From Octopus bimaculoides (Eukaryota): 62,632 nucleotides of DNA. The DNA is taken from positions 56,654,125 through 56,716,756 of the forward strand of contig NC_068989.1 of assembly GCF_001194135.2 (NCBI RefSeq), in the 5' to 3' direction. This document shows positions 53,054-62,632 of this stretch, one piece after another (position 1 is the stretch's first letter; every line of letters begins with the position of its first letter). Under the pieces are notes generated by a model, which saw only the letters and a program-made list of their open reading frames with translations, ran no database searches and was not told the DNA's origin. A program made the position numbers and the translations under genes.

Positions 53054-55342
53054 ATGACAAAGAGAAGGAATGCAGAAGAAATCTGAAAGAAAATTCTATC
53101 AAAACTGCAAATGAACCAGGATTTGACATTGCAGAAACTGTTGGAAGAGTGTGACAGGATATTAAATTAAGGCATGACATGGAAGAAATTCAATGAAAGA
53201 GTGTTTCCACATAAGAGTAGTGCAAAAAAAGTTGGAAGACAAAGTGTTGCAGGAAAAACAGAAAAAATATTGGGATGTAGACCAATGTATGGCACATGGT
53301 GGGATGCACCTGAAAAAAGATTGCATAAAAAGCAAAGTGTTTTTGCTGCGGGTTTACAGGACATATAAAATCGCACTGCAAAACTAGAATGATAGGAAAA
53401 TGGAACAAGAAAAATAAATATTTTGTCAGCAGGAAAAGTTGTGATTACAACAAACAGAAAATTTGTATCACAACCATAAATGAGAAAACATGGGAACAAA
53501 TGGGTAAACCAAAATTATATAGTTCAAACAAAAGAATGTATGGTGTTACAGGAAGAAAATTATATTTCACATGTGACTATGTTTGTAATATCATGTTCAA
53601 AGGTCGAACCAAAAAAGTGAATGTGTTGAAAAATCCATGCATTTATTTAGCACCAAATGTATGGAGAAATTCAATTTATGGGATGCACCCATAAGCACTT
53701 TGTGCAATAGTGTAAACAGAGCAGTTAAACGATCGAATGAGGTTGATGAACTGAAACAAAAAAAGTGACGTGGAACATTGTGTGTGAACTGCCAGTAATT
53801 TTGGAAGAAATAAAAAGAATTGCAAAAAAATGAAAAATTTTATTAATGAGACTAAAAGAAAACTGTGGTTGACAAAAGGAAATAAAAAAAAGGTCTGATG
53901 CAAAGAGCCACCAAGATGTGAACGTGTACTCTAGGTATGATGGTGCACTAATGTATGCTCAGAGGGTGGTCATATCACATATATTACAGAAAACACTGCT
54001 AAAAGAGTTTCATGTGGGACACCCATGCATTTCTAGAATGAAAGCACTGATGCAAAATTTCATATACAGGCCAAGCATGGATAAGAAAGTTGAAAACCTG
54101 GTAAAAGGCTGCTGAGGATGTGCGCTGGCAGTAAAACTACCAACTACAAAATGTGAAACTTAGCTGGAAATGAAAATACCATGGTCCCGATTGCATATTG
54201 ATTTTGCAGGCCTGGTAAATGGATATTATTACTTAATAGTAGTGGACAGCTACACAAAATGGCGAGGTATAAACAACCAACCTCATAGCTGGTAATAAAC
54301 TTCTTACATGAGCTGTTTGCAAGATTTGGTATACTAGATATAATTGTCTCTGATAACAGAACACAGTTTGTATCCTGTGAGTTTAAAAGATTCTGCGAGA
54401 TGCTCACGGCAGAACATAAAACTATAGCACTGCATCACCCTGGATTGAATGGAAGGGCTGAACAGTTTGTGGACACTTTAAGAGAGCTTTAAAGAAAGCT
54501 AATAAGGAAGCCATGGACAAGGTCACAATCCAACAATTCTTAAGGTAACTCTTAGGGTAATTCTTAGGGTAACTCTGAACCTAAATGTGCCAGAAGGAAG
54601 TTCACCAGCAGAATTAATGTTTGCCAGAAAGGTGAAGTTAGTATTCAATAAACTGTTACCAGTGAAGAAAAAATACGTGCTAGTAAAGATATGCTAAAAT
54701 TCTTTAGAATCAGTGATAAGGCATATGTAAGAATGTACAAAAATGGCAAGCAATATTGGGAAGAAGGAGAAATTGTAACATACATAGGAAGAATAATGTA
54801 TGGTGTAAGAAGCAGAAATGGAATGGAAAGGAGACATAGAAATCAGCTTAAGGAAAGATTCCTAGAAAAGGAACCAACAAGAATAGAATTACTGATGGAT
54901 TGGCTATATGACACTTTTCAGGTTCCAACACCGTTAAGAGAAATTGAAACCACACATACAAGGAAAAGGAAGAACATTGGATTCCTAAAAGTAGACTCTA
55001 AGAAGAAAAGATATTGAGGGTATATTTTAATATATATACATATATACACATATATAAAGCAAAGGTGGGGGTGAATAAAAGAAATTGATTGTTAATAAAA
55101 AAAATTTTAAGGGGTGATGTATAGTGAAACTGTACACCCCGCCCGGTAAAAAGTGCTAGTAGTCAGCCATTATAAATAGACCAGTAGCCGGTCGACAATA
55201 GAAGGTCAAGAATGTGAAGAAGGTCGAGAGTACGTAGAGTATGTGTTAGACTGTGTTGATAGTTGTGTCTGAACTGATATAGTAATTATACTGTGATATT
55301 GAGTGAACATTATTATGATCCAACCTTTTGAGGATAATAACA
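53054..55342 (+). mobile_element. Ty3/gypsy remnant (gag, protease tail, integrase, possible 3' LTR)
   Basis: KEFHVGHPCISRMKALM..VKGC (integrase H2C2), WSRLHIDFAG..LIVVDSYTKW, IIVSDNRTQF, HPGLNGRAEQFV; purine tract aaggggtga then TGTATAG...AATAACA (55118-55342) as candidate LTR. Confidence 0.85.
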
Positions 55343-56246
55343 CTGAATGACTGGGGGGGGGGGCGTACAGTGCCAGACAGAAACATTCTATCAACGACTT
55401 CAGAATATAACAAAATCTGTCAGAGTAACAACCGTCATCAAAAGATGGATACCACAGTGGCAAAAGATGGCTTTACAACAATTATTTTACTTGTTTCAGT
55501 CATTTAACTGCAGCCATGCTGGAGTACTGCTTTAAATAGTTTTAATCAAAGAAGTCAACCCCAGGACTTATTCTTTATAAGCCCAGTACTTATTCTATTG
55601 GTTATTTTTGGTGAACTGCTAAGTTACAGGGACATAAACACACCAACATCGGTTATCAAGCAATGGTGGGTGGACAAAACACAAATACAAAGACACACAT
55701 AAATATATATTATATATATATATNNNNNNNNNNNNNNNNNNNNNNNNNNNNNNNNNNNNNNNNNNNNNNNNNNNNNNNNNNNNNNNNNNNNNNNNNNNNN
55801 NNNNNNNNNNNNNNNNNNNNNNNNNNNNNNNNNNNNNNNNNNNNNNNNNNNNNNNNNNNNNNNNNNNNNNNNNNNNNNNNNNNNNNNNNNNNNNNNNNNN
55901 NNNNNNNNNNNNNNNNNNNNNNNNNNNNNNNNNNNNNNNNNNNNNNNNNNNNNNNNNNNNNNNNNNNNNNNNNNNNNNNNNNNNNNNNNNNNNNNNNNNN
56001 NNNNNNNNNNNNNNNNNNNNNNNNNNNNNNNNNNNNNNNNNNNNNNNNNNNNNNNNNNNNNNNNNNNNNNNNNNNNNNNNNNNNNNNNNNNNNNNNNNNN
56101 NNNNNNNNNNNNNNNNNNNNNNNNNNNNNNNNNNNNNNNNNNNNNNNNNNNNNNNNNNNNNNNNNNNNNNNNNNNNNNNNNNNNNNNNNNNNNNNNNNNN
56201 NNNNNNNNNNNNNNNNNNNNNNNNNNNNNNNNNNNNNNNNNNNNNN

Positions 56247-56282
<36 letters not shown>

Positions 56283-56898
56283 AATATATGAGTATATGCA
56301 TATATATGTACATGTATGTACATACCTTCATCTACATGTACATATAGATACATAACTGGGTACATGACGTGGCAAAAGAACATGGACAAAATGATAAACA
56401 AGGTACAACAAACAAGCAAGCCACATAGAAACATCTTCATCAGCTGCCACCATTAAAACACCGGCGTTTCGAAGAATTAAGGCAGTACGCATCGTTGAAA
56501 TGGTTCTTCCCATGAACACAAATTAAATTATTTTCGTGGAGGGTAGTGACAATCATTGCTAGAAATAACAGCAGGTAAGTTTTCAGTGCTCTGTAAAATT
56601 TCACTGAATATTTACATGCAGAGATGTGTGCAGGCAGTGAATATAGGAAAATTCTGTTTTACCTCTACGGAGACCATTAGTGGAATAAAGGGTAACTCAG
56701 TACTGTAGTTTCAAACTCTTCAGATCATGTGCGAGTATGCCCAAGTCTTATTTGTTATCATCAGTTGAGTCTACCACAAACGACCAAATTTTAAAATATC
56801 CTCTACATCTCTGCCTGTTTACTCGGCTGATAGCCCCAGTCATAATCAGAACAAAAGATCAGTGAAAAATATGCAAGAAAATATAAATATCATTAAAA

Positions 56899-57015
56899 TA
56901 ATATTAATATCCAGCAAGAATAAAGCACCATATAGGTAGAATTATAACTATATGCTTTATATATATATATAATTCTACCTATATGGTGCTTTATTCTTGC
57001 TGGATATTAATATTA
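56899..57015. repeat. Perfect 48-bp inverted repeat with a 21-nt spacer
   Basis: 56899-56946 is the exact reverse complement of 56968-57015. Confidence 0.95.
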
Positions 57016-57053
57016 TCTTAATGATAATAACAATAATAATAATAATAATAATA

Positions 57054-57103
<50 letters not shown>

Positions 57104-57107
57104 AAAC

Positions 57108-57690
57108 AATAAGATAAAGAGACCAATGGCAAAGGTAGAATTATATTTTATGTATAAGTCTTACAGCTGTTTCAGGGAAAATCCAATGTATCCCTTCATC
57201 GGAAACGGTAATAGTAGAAGAATGGATTATTACATCTATAAGAGGAGAATTGTAGTAAGAAGTGAGAGCGATGCGCTGAAAAAGAACAAAGAAGAAAAAG
57301 TACTTGGAGTATATATAGTTCCATTCCAACAGTAGACATCCATGTAAAGAATCCTTGTGGGTATTTTCCGGAGATAATTGTAGTTGCAAAGGTGGATATG
57401 ATACGATATATATCCACCTTTGCAACTACAGTTATCTCCGGAAAATACCCACAAGGATTCTTTACATAGATGTCTACTGTTGGAATGGAACTATACTTTT
57501 TCTTCTTTGTTCTTTTTTCAGCGCATCGCTCTCACTTCTTACTACAAATCTCCTCTTATAGATGTAATAATCCATTCTTCTACTATTACCGTCTCCGATG
57601 CAGGGATACATTGGATTTTCACTGAAACAGCTGTAAGACTTTATACATAAAATATAATTCTACCTTTGCCATTGGTCTCTTTATCTTATT
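57108..57690. mobile_element. ~580-bp palindrome, probably an inverted Penelope pseudo-LTR, carrying two hammerhead motifs
   Basis: Arms ~290 and ~280 bp around a 10-nt spacer (57400-57409); mirrored ORF translations on both strands; hammerhead motifs at 57158-57206 (-) and 57591-57639 (+). Confidence 0.7.
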
Positions 57691-57836
57691 CTTTTTTATA
57701 TATACGCACACACTAATACACGACCCATGTTATATTCCCCACTCATGTTACAACCACGTCAGAGGCAAAACTAGTCGGTATACGGCACTTATTCGGTATT
57801 ACCTGTATCGTTAGGGTTTGGTTGACTCCAATACCC

Positions 57837-57877
<41 letters not shown>

Positions 57878-58289
57878 TTAGTAATAATCTTATAACCAGG
57901 TGTACACCTTGTAGCATGCTGTTTAAAGCCTGCTATCTGATGTCAGCAACAGTATGGAGGTATAAGCCACTGGATTTACTTCAGATATTCCTTTCTGTCT
58001 GTAGAGTTTATATAAAAAGATGAGACAGAAAATAGAATTCACAAAACTCTTATTCAGAACCACTATGATCGTTTCAACTTATCATGCACCTGCACCTCAC
58101 AGATGAGATGTTGTACAATCAATTGTCATGCATCACAGGTGCAGATGTACATTGAAGCAGCAATGAACTTAATGAAAGCCAATTAGGGTCAAATAATAAT
58201 AAAGGAAAAACTAATAGCAGAAATACTGAGAATAACTAAAGAACAATTGAACCTCCAGAGATAAAGATGTATGTCCTCTACAAAAGTGA

Positions 58290-58620
58290 TGCATGCATCA
58301 TAACATAATATACAAATGCACAGTAAGCATCAGAGGTGCTGCATATAGGTAGATAAGGGTCTTTGCAGATTTTTTTCAAAAATAGACATTGCAACCATGT
58401 TGCTTGTTTCAATAGAATTGATAAGAAACATTCTACCTCATTAGCAGGCCTTATATGGAGACTAAAGGAAGATACAATAAAATAAAGTATTACTTGGTCC
58501 ATCATAAAAAATGCATTTCCATATGATACTTTTTATAGGAATTGCCATCTATGCTTGGAGGAATCCTTGTGCACTTTATTGAATAAAGAGAACTTAGTCA
58601 ACAGATGCTCTGAGACTTAA
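58290..58620 (+). mobile_element. Penelope-like GIY-YIG endonuclease remnant
   Basis: RHCNH..STSLAGLIWRLKE..ITWSII..AFPY..CHLCLEE..LVNRCSE matches PLE GIY-YIG C-terminal motifs (LSKYIWKLK, WSII, CxLCLEEK, LNKRSE). Confidence 0.8.
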
Positions 58621-59789
58621 CCACAGACTCAAGATGTAACCACAGACTGAAGTATACATTTTCATCATATCATAGGGACAATTATTATTATTAATTATCT
58701 CTAGTTAGCAAGCTTAATTTTTCTTCCTGTTTATACACACTAACATATCTCTTGACTAAATATACTATGTATTTGATTTTCAAAATTTTCCAAAATAACT
58801 TGATGTTTAAACTGGATATGTATGCATATAAATATATCCATGTACTCATGCATGTGAATATATGTGGATACAGATATATAGCTATGTGTGTGTGCAGGTG
58901 TATTATATATATATGTATAACATTTCTTACAGCCATTTCTGCAGCCAATGTTAGTTGGTGCATATGAAAGGAATTCCGAAAATAATATTCGTCATCTTCA
59001 TAGCACATTCGATCTAGTACAGGGAGCTTCATCAGAGTGAGTACAAATACATAAAATAGAATAAAATAAATGAAAAGAAGAGGGAAGAGGAAAGAACAGA
59101 GCCTAGAGATGAGGCCAGAAGGCTCAGTATATTAAAATCATACCATCTTGCAGCATGGAGCTTGAAGTCAATAAGTAAAAGAGTGAACTAGGAAATATTT
59201 ATGGGTTATTTCTATATGAAGGGGAACCAGGGTGCTTAAATAGTAGTGAAATGAAGCTAGTACTAAAATAAGACTGGAATTACCAATATGTCTAGAAAAA
59301 GAATAGTACTGGTGATGTCATGAATAGGGCTAATTAATATTTATCCACAAACAAAAACTGTAGAGTTCTTATAATGGTGTTCTTACTGAAATATTTTAGA
59401 GACCACCACCTGTTGTCTGTAATAGAGTTGACTAAAGTCCATCCATCTCTACAATTGGTCAGTTATATTTAAACCAGGGGCAAATTTAAGACCGTTACAG
59501 GGGTAGATATAAATAAAGAAGAAAATGAACCAGTAAATAAAGGGTGCAGGGGAGAAGACTGTGACATAAGTAGCACTAGGACACTTATGCCCTTCTACAA
59601 CAGCTAGGCCTAGTGCTTTGACAGTTCCATTTCAGGTAATTATAACAACAGTGAAAAAAATATCAATGTTAATTTATGGATGCATTTGGGCATATCTATG
59701 TCTGTACTATCTGACAATTGCAAAAGAACATTAAAAAAAAATAATTCAAAACTCTACAAAAGTCCGGTACAAATTCTTCATTGTTCAAA

Positions 59790-60620
59790 ATGTTTACTTT
59801 TTACTCAGCCTGATATTTACAAGTCAGAGGGGGTGAGAGCTTTCACTGAGGCAAGTTTGGAGATCCTGCTTTTCAGAGGAGAACTGATATATAATGGAGC
59901 CCATGCAACCAATGACAATCCAAGATGAATCATCAAAACAATGGATGAACAACAACCAACAGAACTTGTAATGTTTGTTTTGATCCACTATACCACTTTA
60001 CGAAGGAATAAAGTCCCAATGTTATTTTAAAGATGGCTTCTTTTGCTACTTATACAAATGAACACACAAAATATATTATTCCATGATTCTTCAGTAAAAC
60101 CTGGGAAACTTCTTTTGAAAAAAAAACTTTTGTGTACAACAACAAACATTCATAATCGTTATCATTCTCACTATAGACCTTTTGAAACAGTGAGGAAATG
60201 TGAGCATGTACCTTGATTATATTTACTTCAGTGATAACAGCACTCATCAATTTGTTAAGTCTACCATTTAGTTTATTAGCAACCATATGTTGCCTGTGGA
60301 TTATAGAGTGTGCCGTAAACACTAGGTAAAACTTTCTCAATAAAACAAAGCTGTGGTAACAACCTACCATCAATGGTGTCCCATCTATTGCTTAAAAACA
60401 AAATACTGACTCTTTGTTTGTATCTGTTTCTAGCTGTCTTTCAAATAGCTCTTGTTGAAGGAAACATAAGTAAGAAACATACTTTTATTGCTTGTTTGCT
60501 TATAAGCTAAGTTTGGTTGTTCTAAGTATGTTGTACAATATATATTCAATGTTATAGTATTCCACATTTTGAAAGATTTGTAATATGCCTTTACGGAGAA
60601 AAAGTTTTGAACTTCCATTT
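59790..60620 (-). mobile_element. hAT (Charlie/Buster-like) transposase remnant
   Basis: MVG..HSIIHRQHMVANKLNGRLNKLMSAVITEVNIIKVHA..ENDNDYECLLLYTKV resembles HCVIHRQHL..LLLHTEVRWLS of hAT transposases. Confidence 0.7.
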
Positions 60621-60880
60621 CTTCATTTTAAAAAGTCATGGATCAAAAAATTTTGAAGGAAGTCCTTCCGTGAATGTTTTAAAATATGGTATACTATAAA
60701 ATGTGGTAAAACCTAACCCCCTACTCACCCCACAAAAATGAGAAATTCCAATTTATGTAAGACAGTTATTCTGAAAGTCAAACAAATGATTAAATGTCTT
60801 TCATTTTGAATTTGTAATGATAGAATTTCTAACACAATTTGAAAAAACTGTAGGAAACATCAAAAAACAAAAGATATTAT

Positions 60881-61186
60881 TATATTTGGGGATGGTCATA
60901 TTTTTGTCAATTAAATACATGCACTGTATACTTAGTCTTCACTTCAGCTTTATTATTATTATTGTTATTATTTTAGTGTCTTTTGTCTAAGCTCTTTTGT
61001 CGCACATCCTGTGACCTCTTCAATGACTATTTATCCCAGGTGCCTCCTTTTACGTGGCATGAAGAGTCGCTGAAGAGGTCACAGGATGTGTGACTAAAGA
61101 CACTAAAATAATAATAAAGCTGAAGTGAATACTAAGTATACAGTGCATGTGTTTACTTGGAAAAAATATGACCATCCCCAGATATA
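60881..61186. mobile_element. Fold-back MITE
   Basis: ggggatggtcata..catgcactgtatacttagt..cacatcctgtgacctcttca mirrored on the right; ~40-nt loop. Confidence 0.8.
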
Positions 61187-61413
61187 ACAACATATATATA
61201 TATTTTTGTATTAATATTTAACAGAAGTAATAGAGTGACTCAAGGTCCAAGAGTTTCATGCGTTGGCACAATAAGTGTCAATGCACGAAACTCTTGGACA
61301 ATAAGTGCCAATGCACAAAACTCTCAGACCTTGCGGCACTATTACTTTTACTAAATATTAATAAAAATATACATATACTCATATTTTGAGTTCTATTTTT
61401 CATGTTTGCACCA

Positions 61414-61464
<51 letters not shown>

Positions 61465-61662
61465 CCCATATTCCTTTCATTTTGTTGTTGTGGTTGTCGA
61501 CTACCTTATCTAATGTGTTCTTTCTTTGTTTTTAAAAATGGTAAGGTGTGATTTGAGGGTGGTTTCACTACGATTTCTCGCAAGTCAAGTGACCATGTAA
61601 AGGTTTCTTTGTCGCCCTTTCAGCTGGTGGAGAGGGNNNNNNNNNNTTAATACACACTGGAA

Positions 61663-61904
61663 CAGTGGTTTTTCAACCAGGGTCCAACAGAAGAATTTGT
61701 TGTTAAAATTCACAGGCTCTAAATTTGATATACTTCTACAATACACAAAATATTTCAACAATTTTATTTATACAATTCCTAATATTTAATTATAAAAATA
61801 AAATAGGATATTTTTTAAGCATCAAATGGCTATGGGGCTCCAGTAGAGTACAATAGAAATCAGGGTGGGGTGGTCTTTAGCTAAAAGTTGGTTGAAAACC
61901 ACTA
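61663..61904. mobile_element. hAT-type MITE
   Basis: TIRs cagtggtttttcaacc / ggttgaaaaccacta; same TIR class as 39057-39313. Confidence 0.7.
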
Positions 61905-62499
61905 CTCTAAAAGGGAGAAAGAAGAGAGATGTCTGAGTGAATGAGGAAATGAACTTGCACCTAATGGATTTATAAGTTCAAATAATTATTTTTTTACTTG
62001 TTTCAGATTGCAGTCATGCTGGGACACCACCTTGAAGAATTAAGTTGAATAAATCAACCCCAGCACTTAAACTGTTTTTTTTTAAAGCCTGGTACTTATT
62101 CTATCGGTCTCTTTGGCAGGAACCTCTAAGGTATGGGAACATAAACACACCAACACTGGTTGCTATTCGGTGGTGGGGGACAAACACACACATATATATA
62201 TACATCATGTAAAAGGCATTCAGTCCACACTGTAAAGTGGTTGGCATTTTGGAAGGGTATCCAGCTATAAAAAGCATGTGAAAAATTGACCTTACCTGTG
62301 CTGGGAAGGACCTCCAGCCACAGAAACCATGCCAAAACAAACACAGAATGTCTGGTGCAGTCTTCTGCTTGGGCAGCTCCTGTTGAATTGTCCAACTTAT
62401 GCCAGCATGGAAGGCGAATATTAATCAATGATGATGATGATGATGATGATATATATATATATGTATATATAGCAATATCAAAGGCAGGTTAACTAGTAA

Positions 62500-62632
62500 G
62501 TTAGTTTTTGTTTGTGGCAGATGTTCAGGTGCAATAAAAACTGTAAACAAACAGGAAACAACTTCTATCTCATTCCAAGGTGAAAAACTAGAGGTAGTCG
62601 ATAGCTTCCGCTATCTGGGTGACCAAGTTAGT
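62500..62632 (+). mobile_element. Start of another RTE fragment, running off the window
   Basis: ggtgaaaaactagaggtagtcgatagcttccgctatctgggtgaccaagt matches the copies at ~17120 and ~49480. Confidence 0.75.

Noticed and set aside
56425-56510. Hammerhead-like pieces on minus (GAAAC GCCG GTG ... CTGATGA)
   Set aside because: The cleavage position would be G, and stems I and II do not pair

Overview
AT-rich, repeat-dense, gapped eukaryotic (metazoan) DNA. The SINE/RTE repeat landscape is most consistent with an octopod cephalopod, which is inference from repeat families. One protein-coding gene is supported: a minus-strand kelch-like protein 18 (KLHL18, BTB-BACK-Kelch). I could reconstruct 10 coding exons with GT-AG boundaries and consistent phases (51318 down to the stop at 27203; 1599 nt, 532 aa + stop). 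The first coding exon (expected ...GKLCDVTLK) is not visible in the window. The rest is decayed transposons (mariner, pogo/Tigger, hAT, Helitron, Ty3/gypsy, Penelope-like, RTE and RLE LINEs, tRNA-SINEs, MITEs), microsatellites and N gaps. The most notable signal is a set of hammerhead-ribozyme motifs. One type I hammerhead caps a ~140-nt rod-like hairpin inside a ~325-bp insert flanked by 20-bp direct repeats (retrozyme-like, 4166-4529). Minimal Penelope-type hammerheads occur at 12147-12194 and as an inverted pair in a 580-bp palindrome (57108-57690). A pogo-like MITE starts 34 nt after the KLHL18 stop and may supply its poly(A) signal. All structures were read by eye; no folding program or database search was run, and TE boundaries are approximate.
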